Source: an uncultured Chlamydiales bacterium
GTDB lineage: Bacteria > Chlamydiota > Chlamydiia > Chlamydiales > Rhabdochlamydiaceae
Assembly (NCBI GenBank): GCA_963700985.1
Contig: OY969554.1
Location: forward strand, 128,001 to 192,000
DNA length: 64,000 nt
Direction of reading: 5' to 3'
Within the stretch, counting starts at the first letter, position 1. Every line of letters starts with the position of its first letter. The notes under the pieces were generated by a model. The model searched no databases and was not told the origin of the DNA. It saw only the letters and a program-made list of their open reading frames with translations. Both the position numbers and the translations under genes were made by a program. Positions 9,494 to 19,793 of this stretch are shown piece by piece.

Positions 9494-10852
9494 CTATTTT
9501 AGCTCGGCAAGCTCAGCATCTATGGGGTCTTGCTCTTTGCTAATCTGCCCGAGAAACTCGGGTAAGTCAAGTCCTGCCATGGAAGCTACGTCGTGTAGCG
9601 CAGGGAGCGACTTCACAAATTGGCTGATGAAGTTAGAGGTCGAAGAGCCTTTGCCATCACTATTGCTGCCACTATCCCAGACTGTAATCTTATCGATCTT
9701 GATATTCTTGATCGCTTCAGCTTGCAGTTTGACAATCTCTTCGAGTTTTTCGATCAGCAACATAGTAGATGCGCTCTTAGCATCATCGCCACATGCTTCA
9801 AATAGCTGCTTGTAGCCGCGAGCTTTAGCATCGAGTAATCTTTGGATACCTTCAGCTTCGGCTTGTTTAATAGCTAAAATAGCTTCAGCTTCGCCGCGGG
9901 CAATTAAGACGCGGCTAAGTGCAGCAGCTTCTGCTTCAATCTGGATCTTCTTTTTGCTGATCTCTTGAGGCACGATCTCTTCAGCTTCCAACAGTTGAGC
10001 TTGAGCCAGCGCCCTTGCTCTTTGGATCTCAGCTTCGGCCTGTTGTCTTGCCACTTGGCTTCGGCGAGAGGCTTCAGCTTCGTTTTCGGCAAGGCTGGCA
10101 TTTGTAAGCGCGATCTGTGCCTTAGAATCGTTTTCACCTTTCACGGCTTCTGCATTGAACGAGGCAACTGAAACACGGCGATCTCTCTCGGCTAGAGCTT
10201 TTCCGATATCCCCTTGCTTTTCTTGCTCGGCTACATCGACTTTGGCTTGGTTAACAGCTGTAGATGAAGCTTTTTTTCCAATGCTCTCGATATATTCCGA
10301 TTCATCGGTAATGTCTGTGATGTTGACGTTCAGAAGCGTCAAGCCGATCTTATGCAGTTCGGGCTCGATATTCTTCTTAATTGATTCGAGAAAGCGCTCT
10401 CTGTCCTGGTTGATCTCTTCGATGCGTAGTGAAGCTACGGTGAGTCTCAATTGACCGATGATGATCTCGGTGGCCATCGAGTCTAAGCCTTTCTGGTCCA
10501 AGTCGAGCACGCGCACGGCGGCATTGTTCATTACATCTGGTGTGACACCAACAGCTACGGTAAATGTACTCGGCACGTTCACGCGGATGTTCTGTTGTGA
10601 AAGCGCACCTTTTAACGGGATGTGAATCGTACGTGGGGTTAGATCTAAAAAGGCGCAGCCTTGGATGAGCGGCCATACGAATGTTCCACCACCATGATAG
10701 CATTGAACGGTTTTGCTGCCGCCCACGCGTCCATAAACTACCAGAATCTTATTCGACGGACATCTGCGATAGAGTCTTGCCAGAAAAAAGACTGTAGAGA
10801 AGATAAAGAGTAGGAACACGATCACAGTCGAACTCAAAAATGAAATATCCAT
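9494..10852 (-). CDS. Flotillin-like SPFH domain protein
   Basis: N-terminal TM, SPFH domain (GGGTFVWP...), Ala/Glu-rich coiled coil, KIDKITVWD. Confidence 0.93.
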   Translation of the reverse strand: MDISFLSSTVIVFLLFIFSTVFFLARLYRRCPSNKILVVYGRVGGSKTVQCYHGGGTFVWPLIQGCAFLDLTPRTIHIPLKGALSQQNIRVNVPSTFTVAVGVTPDVMNNAAVRVLDLDQKGLDSMATEIIIGQLRLTVASLRIEEINQDRERFLESIKKNIEPELHKIGLTLLNVNITDITDESEYIESIGKKASSTAVNQAKVDVAEQEKQGDIGKALAERDRRVSVASFNAEAVKGENDSKAQIALTNASLAENEAEASRRSQVARQQAEAEIQRARALAQAQLLEAEEIVPQEISKKKIQIEAEAAALSRVLIARGEAEAILAIKQAEAEGIQRLLDAKARGYKQLFEACGDDAKSASTMLLIEKLEEIVKLQAEAIKNIKIDKITVWDSGSNSDGKGSSTSNFISQFVKSLPALHDVASMAGLDLPEFLGQISKEQDPIDAELAELK

Positions 10853-10861
10853 AAGTACCTA

Positions 10862-11434
10862 CTAGTTTGTTGTAACGGGTTCGACAATCACAGTTTTATC
10901 ATCGGCAATTTTTATAATCTTGACCGGCGTAAAAGAAGGTAACTCTTCGCTTTGCAGCGCGATTGCATCGATCTCATGTGTAAAATTGTGCAAAGACACC
11001 GTCACCCTGCCCATACCACCACTTGGAATCCGCTGATAAATCATCGCTTCTTTGCCTAGAGCATCTTCGATTCGGAAAACCGTGCCTGAGCTACGCAGTT
11101 TTCTCGCAGCCTTAAAGAGGAATCCAGTAATCAAAATTGAAGCGACTCCACCCGATAACGCAAAGGCTATCGTCAATGTGGCTGATAGATCGAACTCTTT
11201 TCTGCAGGTGAGCCCAACCCAGCCAAATAACATAAGAAAGCCAGTAAGCGCCTGCTTCGATAACCATTGGAACTGCCCAGCATCGCTTTCTGAGCTACCT
11301 TCATCACCCGATTCACCTACGCCAAAAAGCGTTAGCAAAAACTGAATGATAAACGTGCCCGTGCCAGCCAGCGCACAGAACCAGAAAATTGAATCTTTAT
11401 CGAGATTATTTAGATTGGAAAATAACTCTTGCAT
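10862..11434 (-). CDS. NfeD-like membrane protein (flotillin partner)
   Basis: Three TM segments plus a C-terminal OB-fold-like region (G+V.V...IDA); directly upstream of the flotillin gene. Confidence 0.85.
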   Translation of the reverse strand: MQELFSNLNNLDKDSIFWFCALAGTGTFIIQFLLTLFGVGESGDEGSSESDAGQFQWLSKQALTGFLMLFGWVGLTCRKEFDLSATLTIAFALSGGVASILITGFLFKAARKLRSSGTVFRIEDALGKEAMIYQRIPSGGMGRVTVSLHNFTHEIDAIALQSEELPSFTPVKIIKIADDKTVIVEPVTTN

Positions 11435-11480
11435 AAGCGCAAAAGCATATCACGAAATTGCTTGAAAAACAACTAAATAG

Positions 11481-11510
11481 ATAAGGCAGCAAGTCGACCT
11501 GCTGCCTTAT
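11481..11510. terminator. Hairpin downstream of the small secreted paralogs, probable terminator
   Basis: ATAAGGCAGCA (11481-11491) / TGCTGCCTTAT (11500-11510) perfect 11-bp stem. Confidence 0.5.
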
Positions 11511-11536
11511 AAGAGAGTGCTCACTAAATTTATTGA

Positions 11537-11833
11537 CTAACGGCGTCCGCCGCCACCACGACCTGCGCGCTCACCCCCGCGTGCTCCGCCTCTGCGAAGG
11601 CGATCGTCGCCTCGTCTATGATTGTCATAGTTATTTCTATGCCATTCATTATATTCGCTTTCATTATTGAGCCAAACGCCCCCATATAACCCAGGTCCAA
11701 CCCATACGGGGTTAGCGTTATAGTGGCCGCCATTTTCCACTTCCTGACTTTTCTGCGCGCTAACCGCAAAAAGAGAAGAGCTCGAGCAAATGAGAGAAAG
11801 CAGGCTAATTGCCATTTTAAAATAAAATTTCAC
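11537..11833 (-). CDS. Small secreted protein with Arg/Gly-rich tail (paralog of 11866-12168)
   Basis: Signal peptide, shared core FAVSAQKSQEVENG...VWVGPGLYGGVW..E.EYNEW, RGG-rich tail. Confidence 0.75.
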   Translation of the reverse strand: MKFYFKMAISLLSLICSSSSLFAVSAQKSQEVENGGHYNANPVWVGPGLYGGVWLNNESEYNEWHRNNYDNHRRGDDRLRRGGARGGERAGRGGGGRR

Positions 11834-11865
11834 AGTGAATCCTGCTTATTATTGTGTTCGAGGGT

Positions 11866-12168
11866 TTAATGATGTCCACGATCATCATAGTCTCTGTGAT
11901 CGTCATGGTCTCTACGATCATCATGATGATAGTCGTGATCACGATCACGATCATGGCGGTCATCATCATCATGTCCCCACCAGTTATTGAAATCGGCTTC
12001 GGTATCGATCCAAGTCTCTCCATACCATCCCGCCCCTAGCCAAACGTCATCTCTAGCATAATTTCCACTTTCGATCTCTTGGCTTTTCTTGGCGCTAACT
12101 GCGAAAAGAGAAGTGCTTGCGCAGCTCAGATAAAGAAGACTAATTATCGTTCTTACATAGTTTTTCAT
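11866..12168 (-). CDS. Small secreted protein with Asp/His/Arg-rich tail (paralog of 11537-11833)
   Basis: Signal peptide, shared core FAVSAKKSQEIESG...VWLGAGWYGETW..E.DFNNW, DHDRH-rich tail. Confidence 0.75.
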   Translation of the reverse strand: MKNYVRTIISLLYLSCASTSLFAVSAKKSQEIESGNYARDDVWLGAGWYGETWIDTEADFNNWWGHDDDDRHDRDRDHDYHHDDRRDHDDHRDYDDRGHH

Positions 12169-12253
12169 AAAATTCCTGAGTGTTTTCCAATGAAAGCCTT
12201 TCTAAATTTTTATATATCTTTTTTCACGATTTATCGAAAGATAACCTTTATTG

Positions 12254-13702
12254 CTAATCAGGGCTAATGCCAGCTAAGGATTTAGCCATTCGACGGAAAA
12301 TAAAAAAATGAAAAGGCAAGAGAGAATACCAATAAAGCCGCCCAAAAATGCCTTTCGGGCGAAATGTAGCTCGTTGAACAAGAAACCACTGATTTTCCAA
12401 AGGTGTGACCTTAAATTCTAGCCAGGCTTCTCCAGGCACTTTCATAGTAGCAAATAGGATGAGATGGCCTTTTTCTTTATCCGCACGCAGCACTCTCCAG
12501 AAGTCGATGGAGTCACCAACGATAATTTCTGATGGGTGCCTTCTTCCCCGATTAAGCCCTACACCACCGATCATCTGATCCATCAAGCCTCTGAGCTTCC
12601 ATGCCCAATCTAGTGCATAATACCCCTTATTGCCGCCGATACACCACACTCGATCTAAAGTGGCTTCTTTTGAATCTTTTATCGCGACCTTTTGTTCATC
12701 ATATAAGCAGCCGTCAGTTGGAACTTCGACGTAATTTTTGATGTTTGCATCTGCGGTGTTCACCTCCCAAGAGTCCATCCAGGTCGAAATGACGGCATTT
12801 TGAGAGATCTTTTGAAATGCTAATTCTAACGCTTGTCGATAGGTTAAAGACTTATGAGGAAGGATTTTCTGAAGCTCATCTAATTTAACAACCGAATCAT
12901 TTTTGATGCTCTCGACTAAATAGAAGCAGATTGAAAAACGCACAGAGGTGATAAAGACCAGCCAAAAACTAGACAAGCGGGGAGTCAGGACCGGAACATT
13001 TATGATGTATCTTTTTAGATTTCTAAACTTAGCATATTCTAGTAGTAGATCCTTAAAAGTTAAGACTTCTGGGCCGCCGATATCAAAGATCTGGTTATAG
13101 CACTTTTCATTAAGGAGCACCTGCTTGAGATAGAAGAGTACATCGCGAATTGCGATCGGTTGGCATTGCGAGCTCACCCACTTGGGAGCAATCATAAATG
13201 GCAGTTTTTCGCATAGATCGCGAATGATCTCAAATGAGGCACTACCAGCTCCGATGATCACACTTGCACGCAGAATAGTGGTGGGAATAGAACTTTTTTT
13301 TAAAACTTCTTCAACAAGCAGTCTAGATTTTAGATGTGGAGAAAGAGCTCTTTCATCGTTGATAATTCCGCCCAAATAGATGATCTGCTTCACTTGGGTG
13401 TGTTTCAAGCCTTTTACAAATTCTTCAGCAGTCTCTAATTCGATCTGTTTCAGGTCACTTGCGATTTCAGACATCGAATGCACAAGATAGTAAGCAGCGT
13501 CGATGTCCTTAGGCAGATTGCGCAGTGTTTCGGGATTGCGTAAGTCTCCCCAAATGTGATTTAAATGTGCTTTGTCTTCGGCAAACACTTGTGTGCCTGG
13601 AATGCGGCACAAAGCATAAATTTCGTGGCCCTGATCTAAAAGAGAAAGAATCAATCTCTTTCCAACAAAACCAGTCGCTCCGCTAACTAGAATTTTTGCC
13701 AT
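12254..13702 (-). CDS. NAD(P)-binding oxidoreductase with C-terminal DUF2867 (YbjT-like)
   Basis: GATGFVG, AYYLVHSM, IGGNKGYY...GDSIDFWRV, MKVPGEAWL, G.LYWY. Confidence 0.88.
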   Translation of the reverse strand: MAKILVSGATGFVGKRLILSLLDQGHEIYALCRIPGTQVFAEDKAHLNHIWGDLRNPETLRNLPKDIDAAYYLVHSMSEIASDLKQIELETAEEFVKGLKHTQVKQIIYLGGIINDERALSPHLKSRLLVEEVLKKSSIPTTILRASVIIGAGSASFEIIRDLCEKLPFMIAPKWVSSQCQPIAIRDVLFYLKQVLLNEKCYNQIFDIGGPEVLTFKDLLLEYAKFRNLKRYIINVPVLTPRLSSFWLVFITSVRFSICFYLVESIKNDSVVKLDELQKILPHKSLTYRQALELAFQKISQNAVISTWMDSWEVNTADANIKNYVEVPTDGCLYDEQKVAIKDSKEATLDRVWCIGGNKGYYALDWAWKLRGLMDQMIGGVGLNRGRRHPSEIIVGDSIDFWRVLRADKEKGHLILFATMKVPGEAWLEFKVTPLENQWFLVQRATFRPKGIFGRLYWYSLLPFHFFIFRRMAKSLAGISPD

Positions 13703-13793
13703 TTTTCAATCGCCTTATTTAATTCCTAAATGCGGATGCTTGCTTTGTTGGATTAGAGGATAAAGTATTTAAAAAGTCAACTCAACCTACTTA

Positions 13794-14039
13794 GAGGGTG
13801 TCTACAAAGTAAACCTTCGATCTTTGGAAGCTTTGAAGAACTCCTCCTTCGGGTAGGAGATTCTTGCTGGCGTTGTTTTTTTACTAAAAAAGATAGCTTG
13901 CCTTTGGCAAGCGGCCTATCGCGATCTTTTTCCTCCCCCTCCTCAGCCATGTCATCTCGACATTGTCTTCGTCAGGAGAGAAAAAACCTCATCGAAAAGC
14001 TTCTCAAATCTCTAAAAGGTCTACTTTGTAGACACCCTC
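13794..14039. mobile_element. MITE (246 bp, non-autonomous, IS5 family IS1031-type ends)
   Basis: 24-bp terminal inverted repeats GAGGGTGTCTACAAAGTAAACCTT / AAGGTCTACTTTGTAGACACCCTC (1 mismatch); TTA target duplication at 13791-13793 and 14040-14042; no transposase. Confidence 0.85.
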
Positions 14040-14740
14040 TTAGAGGGGACAAGGCCCAACATGCGGATGGGAGCTTCAGTAGCAGAGAGGGCATTCATAG
14101 GAAGAGCGATTACATATGCGCCTTTAGGAGGAAGCTTAGAACAGTCGGCCACATTCTCAATGATGTAGAGTCCAGCACCTAAGATTAGTTTGTGAACTGG
14201 AAAAGAGTGATCTAAACAGTCGGGAGAGAGCGTGTCGATGGCAATACCGGCAATTTTCCTTTTGAGCAAAAGTTCAGCCGCTGCGGCAGAAAAGGCAGGA
14301 AAGTGCATCTGCCCTTTCTCGTCTACATTGCGATAGGCGTCTGGATCAGACCAGAGATGGCTCCACCCCGTATAGCCAATTACTAAGCTATTGGGTGTGA
14401 TCACGCCATATTTGGCCTCATATTGCAGGACATCTTGAACAGAAATCTCATATTCGGCTGTGGCGATTTTCGTCACATCGATTACGCAAGCTTGAACAAT
14501 CAACTTTTCAAGCGAGATATTGTTAATCGAAGCTGCGCCTTTGAATCTATGTGAGGGAGCATCCATGTGTGTGCCGACACCCGCGTGGCATTTGATCTGC
14601 TGCACACGAAATTCCTGATCATAATCCTTCTTAATTTCAAGACAAAACCCGCACGATCCATTCCAAGTGGGTGCGTTAGGAGAAAGGGGCTGCGTAAGCT
14701 CGAGAAGAGAAAAGTGCTCTAGTAACATCTTAATAATCAT
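14021..14740 (-). CDS. Cyclase family protein (kynurenine formamidase-like metal hydrolase)
   Basis: HAGVGTHMDAPSH motif, IDTLSPD, H..L......IEN; last 5 codons and the stop lie inside the MITE. Confidence 0.88.
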   Translation of the reverse strand: MIIKMLLEHFSLLELTQPLSPNAPTWNGSCGFCLEIKKDYDQEFRVQQIKCHAGVGTHMDAPSHRFKGAASINNISLEKLIVQACVIDVTKIATAEYEISVQDVLQYEAKYGVITPNSLVIGYTGWSHLWSDPDAYRNVDEKGQMHFPAFSAAAAELLLKRKIAGIAIDTLSPDCLDHSFPVHKLILGAGLYIIENVADCSKLPPKGAYVIALPMNALSATEAPIRMLGLVPSKRVSTK

Positions 14741-14843
14741 TAAAACCGGTCTGACATTTTTGTGCTAGACAACCTGATTGGCTTCGGATAAAAGAAATCT
14801 TTTTAAAGGGTTGTCCCCATTTGTTTGATAGGAAAAGCAAAAG

Positions 14844-15737
14844 ATGAACAAGAAGCTCAAGATCATACTTTTTGGCGTGCTGTCTATCGGAATAGTCGTA
14901 GTAAGCATGCTTTTTATGGGTGAGGGTAATGTTGCAGTGATGGATCCGAAGGGATGGGTCGCCCTTAAACAACGCGACTTAATCGTCATCTCAACGCTGC
15001 TGATGTTAATCGTGGTGATTCCCGTATTTATTTTGACATTTGGAATCGCTTGGAAATATCGCGCGAGCAACAAGAAAGCAAAATACACACCAGATTGGGA
15101 TTTCAATGTCATTGCTGAATCAGCTTGGTGGGGCATTCCATTTATAATAGTCATTGCGCTCAGCGTAGTGGCTTGGAAAAGCAGTTATGAGCTAGATCCA
15201 TTTAAGCCGCTTGAATCTGATGTGAAGCCAGTAAAGATACAGGTGATTGCGCTGCAATGGAAATGGCTGTTTATCTATCCAGAATACGACATTGCCACGG
15301 TGAACTTTATTCAATTTCCAGAGAAGACACCGCTCAACTTTGAAATTACGGCAGATGCACCGATGAACTCATTTTGGATTCCCCAGCTTGGGGGACAGAT
15401 CTACGCCATGCCCGGCATGAAAGCCAAGTTACACTTGATTGCAGACGAACCAGGCTCTTTTAGGGGTTCATCGGCCAACTTGAGTGGAGATGGTTTCGCA
15501 GGGATGACATTTGTGGCCAAAGCTAGTTCGCAAGCGGAGTTTGAGGCATGGGTTGCGTCAGCAAAAGAGACGACTAATCGGCTGACTTTAAAAGAATATA
15601 ACAAGTTGATTCGGCCCTCGGAAAATAACGCAGTAGCTTACTACTTACTTCAAGAAGAAGATTTATGTGATCGGGTAGTTATGAAATACATGATGCCCAT
15701 GCCTGGAATGCATAGCCAAGAAGGAGAGCTAGATTGA
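14844..15737 (+). CDS. cyoA: Cytochrome bo3 ubiquinol oxidase subunit II
   Basis: [36 protein letters not shown]; no CuA ligands. Confidence 0.95.
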   Translation: MNKKLKIILFGVLSIGIVVVSMLFMGEGNVAVMDPKGWVALKQRDLIVISTLLMLIVVIPVFILTFGIAWKYRASNKKAKYTPDWDFNVIAESAWWGIPFIIVIALSVVAWKSSYELDPFKPLESDVKPVKIQVIALQWKWLFIYPEYDIATVNFIQFPEKTPLNFEITADAPMNSFWIPQLGGQIYAMPGMKAKLHLIADEPGSFRGSSANLSGDGFAGMTFVAKASSQAEFEAWVASAKETTNRLTLKEYNKLIRPSENNAVAYYLLQEEDLCDRVVMKYMMPMPGMHSQEGELD

Positions 15738-15738
15738 T

Positions 15739-17724
15739 ATGTTTGGAAGATTAACCCTTCAAGCCTTCGAACAAGATTTGATAGAGCATATTGCAGGATT
15801 TTCGATGTTCCTGGCCGCAGCGGTTGTGATCGGTCTTTTATTTTATTTCAAGCGCTGGAAGTGGCTCTGGACAGAATGGCTCACAACCCTGGATCCGAAA
15901 AGAATCGGCACGATGTACATTCTGGTTGTCTTTACCATGCTATTTAAGGGGCTGGTAGATGCGATGTTGATGCGTGGACAGCAGATTGTTTCTGTAGGCG
16001 AGTCATATGGTTATTTATCCTCCTCACATTTTCAACAGATCTTCACGGCTCATGGCACAACCATGATCTTTTTTGTGGGCATGGGGGTGGTGTTTGGCAT
16101 GATGAATTTAATTATACCCTTGCAAATTGGCGCGCGCGACGTAGCTTTTCCTTTTCTAAATTCACTTGGCTTCTGGCTATTTGCTGTCGGATCGGTTCTG
16201 GTAAACTTGTCGCTAGTTATCGGTAAGTTTTCAGGTGCAGGTTGGCTTGCCTATCCACCACTTTCGGGACTGGATTATAATCCTGGAATGGGGATCGATT
16301 ATTGGATATGGACGTTGCAGATTGCTGGAGTGGGGAGCTTAATTTCAGGCGTTAATTTTATCGTCACAATCTTCAAGATGCGCTGTCCCGGCATGACGCT
16401 CATGAGAATGCCTATATTTGTTTGGGCATCTTTAGGCACGCTTGTTCTAATCATTTTTGCCTTTCCAATCTTAACAGCAACGCTCGCCATGCTCTCACTC
16501 GATCGCCTCATGGGCATGCACTTTTTTACTCCAGATTTTGGTGGCAATCCAATGATGTTCATCAACCTCATTTGGGCATGGGGGCATCCCGAAGTATACA
16601 TTCTCGTTCTGCCTGCATTTGGAATTTTTTCTGAAGTGGTCTCAACGTTCTCTCAAAAGCGCTTGTTTGGTTATGTCTCAATGGTATGGGCACTTGGCGG
16701 GATAACAGTTCTCTCGTTTATCGTATGGCTGCACCATTTCTTTACCATGGGAGCCGGTGCTAACGTAAATGCATTTTTCGGCATCATGACTATGTTCATT
16801 GCCATTCCCACAGGTGTGAAAGTTTTTAACTGGTTATTTACCATGTATCGAGGCCGAGTTCACTTTACTACGCCCATGCTCTGGTTTTTAGGCTTTATCA
16901 TTACCTTTACGGTTGGGGGCATGGCGGGTGTTTTAATGTCAGTGCCTGCTGCAGACTTTCAAGTGCACAATAGTCTGTTTCTAATCGCACACTTCCATTC
17001 TGTGATCCTAACAGGAGTGATGTTTGGTTTCTTTGCGGGTTTCACGTACTGGTTCCCAAAGATCGTTGGTTTTAAATTGAATGAGAAATTGGGCGTGTAT
17101 GCCTGGTGGTGTTGGGTTGTTGGATTTTTATTAGCCTTTATGCCGCTTTATATACTTGGTTTAATGGGTGCCACCAGACGACTTGATCACTATGAAGCAG
17201 AGACAGGCTGGCAGCCCTTATTTATCGTGGCTGGTGTGGGTGTTTTGCTTATCACTCTAGGCGTAGTTTTTCAGGTTTTACAAATCATTGTCAGCATTAA
17301 AGAACGCAAAGCGAACAAAGATGTCTCTGGAGATCCCTGGAATGGCAGAACATTGGAATGGTCTACGGCATCACCTCCTCCTATTTATAATTTTGCAGTA
17401 ACTCCCGAGGTGCATTCACGCGATTCTTTTTGGGTAGCAAAGCAAGAGGGAAAAGAGCGGTCGAGAAGTTTTAAATATGAAGCGATTCATATGCCTAAGA
17501 ACAGCCCAATGGGGATGATTGTCGCAGGCTTTTCTTTCCTGCTTGGTTTTGGAATCATCTGGCTGATCTGGTGGCTTGTCATCGCCAGTTTTGCAAGCAT
17601 AATCGTTTGTCTGATCATCCGTTTATCGAGCGATGATACCGATTATTACATTACAGCTGAAGAAGTGGCAAAAACAGAAGCAGAAACTTCAAATAGAGGA
17701 CCAAGTCCATGGCCGAATCAATAA
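15739..17724 (+). CDS. cyoB: Cytochrome bo3 ubiquinol oxidase subunit I
   Basis: [20 protein letters not shown] heme-copper ligands. Confidence 0.97.
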   Translation: MFGRLTLQAFEQDLIEHIAGFSMFLAAAVVIGLLFYFKRWKWLWTEWLTTLDPKRIGTMYILVVFTMLFKGLVDAMLMRGQQIVSVGESYGYLSSSHFQQIFTAHGTTMIFFVGMGVVFGMMNLIIPLQIGARDVAFPFLNSLGFWLFAVGSVLVNLSLVIGKFSGAGWLAYPPLSGLDYNPGMGIDYWIWTLQIAGVGSLISGVNFIVTIFKMRCPGMTLMRMPIFVWASLGTLVLIIFAFPILTATLAMLSLDRLMGMHFFTPDFGGNPMMFINLIWAWGHPEVYILVLPAFGIFSEVVSTFSQKRLFGYVSMVWALGGITVLSFIVWLHHFFTMGAGANVNAFFGIMTMFIAIPTGVKVFNWLFTMYRGRVHFTTPMLWFLGFIITFTVGGMAGVLMSVPAADFQVHNSLFLIAHFHSVILTGVMFGFFAGFTYWFPKIVGFKLNEKLGVYAWWCWVVGFLLAFMPLYILGLMGATRRLDHYEAETGWQPLFIVAGVGVLLITLGVVFQVLQIIVSIKERKANKDVSGDPWNGRTLEWSTASPPPIYNFAVTPEVHSRDSFWVAKQEGKERSRSFKYEAIHMPKNSPMGMIVAGFSFLLGFGIIWLIWWLVIASFASIIVCLIIRLSSDDTDYYITAEEVAKTEAETSNRGPSPWPNQ

Positions 17725-18323
17725 TGCAGAGCCAAGGCGATACCGCTCACCACGACGTGCATCAAGAAGTTTACTCCAGAACTATTTTTGGGTTTTGGGT
17801 CTATCTGATGACCGACTGTGTTCTGTTTGCAACGCTTTTTGCGACCTATGCAGTGCTGCATAATGGCACGTTTGGGGGGCCAACCTCTCAAGATCTATTT
17901 GAGTTGCCTTTTGCGTTGCAAGAGACGCTTGTGCTTCTCGTCAGTAGCTTCACCTCAGGCCTCGTTGGTCTTGCGGCACAACGCAATGACACTAAAAAAG
18001 TTCTTCTATGGATGGGTGTTACATTTCTGCTAGGCGCGACCTTTGTGGGCATGGAACTCAATGAATTCCATAAATTCGTCGTCGAAGGTAATAGTTGGCA
18101 GCGAAGTGCCTTTTTATCCGCATTTTTCACGCTGGTTGGAACGCACGGAGCGCACATCAGTGCCGGGTTGATCTGGATGATAGTGCTATCTGGGCAGATT
18201 CTATATCGGGGTATGACATTGTCTACACATAGAAGACTCGAGTGCTTTCGCATGTTCTGGCACTTCTTAGATGTGGTTTGGATTTTTATTTTCACAGTCG
18301 TCTATCTCATGGGAGCTAAATAG
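17709..18323 (+). CDS. cyoC: Cytochrome bo3 ubiquinol oxidase subunit III
   Basis: [34 protein letters not shown]. Confidence 0.96.
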   Translation: MAESIMQSQGDTAHHDVHQEVYSRTIFGFWVYLMTDCVLFATLFATYAVLHNGTFGGPTSQDLFELPFALQETLVLLVSSFTSGLVGLAAQRNDTKKVLLWMGVTFLLGATFVGMELNEFHKFVVEGNSWQRSAFLSAFFTLVGTHGAHISAGLIWMIVLSGQILYRGMTLSTHRRLECFRMFWHFLDVVWIFIFTVVYLMGAK

Positions 18324-18324
18324 C

Positions 18325-18699
18325 ATGGAAAATCACTCATCTATGCCCGTTTTGCCGGAAGGAGCCCAACACTCCACGCTTAAGTCTTATCTCATCGGTT
18401 TTGGGCTTTCGCTGATTTTCACACTTGCCGCTTATTTTCTAGTTGCGGATCACCTGCTTACAGGTTGGGCGCTCGGTGCTAGCATCGGCGTGCTTGCCCT
18501 ACTTCAGGCAGCAGTTCAGCTGCTCTATTTTCTCCACTTAGGTAAAGAAGGAAAACCGCATTGGAACACGCTGATTTTTGTTTTTATGTTCATGGTGCTC
18601 TTGATCATTATATTGGGTTCTCTCTGGATCATGCACAACTTAGATTATCGCGTAATGGATACGATGGATATGGACGCATTAATGAAGCGTAATTTGTAG
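18325..18699 (+). CDS. cyoD: Cytochrome bo3 ubiquinol oxidase subunit IV
   Basis: SYLIGFGLSLIFT, VQLLYFLH, GSLWIM; ATG at 18325 just after the cyoC stop. Confidence 0.93.
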   Translation: MENHSSMPVLPEGAQHSTLKSYLIGFGLSLIFTLAAYFLVADHLLTGWALGASIGVLALLQAAVQLLYFLHLGKEGKPHWNTLIFVFMFMVLLIIILGSLWIMHNLDYRVMDTMDMDALMKRNL

Positions 18700-18734
18700 G
18701 GGAATGTATTAGTACGATCAAAAACTATTATAAG

Positions 18735-19562
18735 TTGACCAAGCCAGGAATCATCTACGGCAATGCCATCACCGCAGCCGGTGGATTCGCGCTCGCTTCC
18801 AAAGGGCATTTCGATTGGAAGCTCTTTCTTGCCACACTTTTAGGTTTATCGTTCATCATCGCATCAGCATGCGTCTTTAATAATTATCTCGATCGATATG
18901 CTGATAAAAAGATGACAAGAACGCAAAGCCGCGCGCTTGTGAAAGGCTTGATCTCAGTTCGAAATGCGCTTATTTTTGCCGTAGTGCTTGGCTTGCTCGG
19001 CACATTCATTTTGGCCCTATTTACAAACCTGCTAACCACATTCATCGCACTCGCAGGCTTCGTAGTTTACGTTTTCTGGTATAGCATCTGGAAATACCGC
19101 ACGCGTCATGGAACCTTGATTGGCAGCATTGCCGGCGCCGTGCCCCCTGTTGTTGGGTATTGCGCTGTGAGCGGCCGCGTGGATGCCTGCGCGCTTATCA
19201 TCTTTGCGATTATCGTCCTGTGGCAAATGCCGCACTTTTATGCGATTGCCATATACCGGATGGGAGACTATGCCGCAGCCTCCATTCCTGTTCTTCCCAT
19301 CGTCAAGGGCATGCATAACACTAAGGTTCACATGCTGCTCTATGTCATTGCCTTTACTCTTGCCGCCCTTATGCTCTTTGTGTTTGGCTACACCGGATAC
19401 GCCTACCTCGCCGTGGCAGCTCTCCTTGGCATCGCCTGGCTCTGGCTCTCCATCAAAGGCTTCAAATGCGCCAATGATAAGATCTGGGCGCGCAAGATGT
19501 TCCGCTTCTCTCTCGTCACCGTCACCCTCCTCTGCGCCATGATCTCCATCGATCTAGCCTGA
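18735..19562 (+). CDS. cyoE: Protoheme IX farnesyltransferase (heme O synthase)
   Basis: TKPGII, NNYLDRYAD..M.RT..R, WQMPHF. The start is uncertain: in-frame IKNYYK precedes TTG 18735, and ATG 18704 is one base out of frame. Confidence 0.93.
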   Translation: MTKPGIIYGNAITAAGGFALASKGHFDWKLFLATLLGLSFIIASACVFNNYLDRYADKKMTRTQSRALVKGLISVRNALIFAVVLGLLGTFILALFTNLLTTFIALAGFVVYVFWYSIWKYRTRHGTLIGSIAGAVPPVVGYCAVSGRVDACALIIFAIIVLWQMPHFYAIAIYRMGDYAAASIPVLPIVKGMHNTKVHMLLYVIAFTLAALMLFVFGYTGYAYLAVAALLGIAWLWLSIKGFKCANDKIWARKMFRFSLVTVTLLCAMISIDLA

Positions 19563-19708
19563 TAAAAATATAATTTACAGAAACTCCCAGATGAACTTGA
19601 TGGGTGTATTTATTAAAATTTTGCAGAATGATCTCACGTTATCGCGACAAAAATGACATTCGTGGCTATTTGACATATTTTTAAATGATTGATTATTAGA
19701 TGTTTAAA

Positions 19709-19777
19709 AAATCATCCTGCTCAAAACTAACAAATGTCGATTTTGAGCAGGATGATTTGACGTAAACATCCTGCTCA
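19709..19777. promoter_or_regulatory. Operator-like repeat array upstream of the AAA ATPase
   Basis: Perfect 18-bp inverted repeat AAATCATCCTGCTCAAAA (19709-19726) / TTTTGAGCAGGATGATTT (19741-19758), plus a third partial copy CATCCTGCTCA (19767-19777). Confidence 0.6.
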
Positions 19778-19793
19778 TTTAAGATAGGCAAAT

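Noticed and set aside
11817-12039. Met/Ile-rich hydrophobic ORFs (11854-12039 +, 11817-12023 -)
   Set aside because: These are alternative-frame shadows of the GAT/CAT-rich tail of the 11866-12168 gene.
13898-14182. 94-aa ORF as a MITE-encoded protein or transposase remnant
   Set aside because: No DDE motif; it runs out of the element antisense to the cyclase gene.
14844-19562. cyoABCDE as a novel acquisition
   Set aside because: Canonical operon; bo3-type oxidases are already known in environmental chlamydiae.
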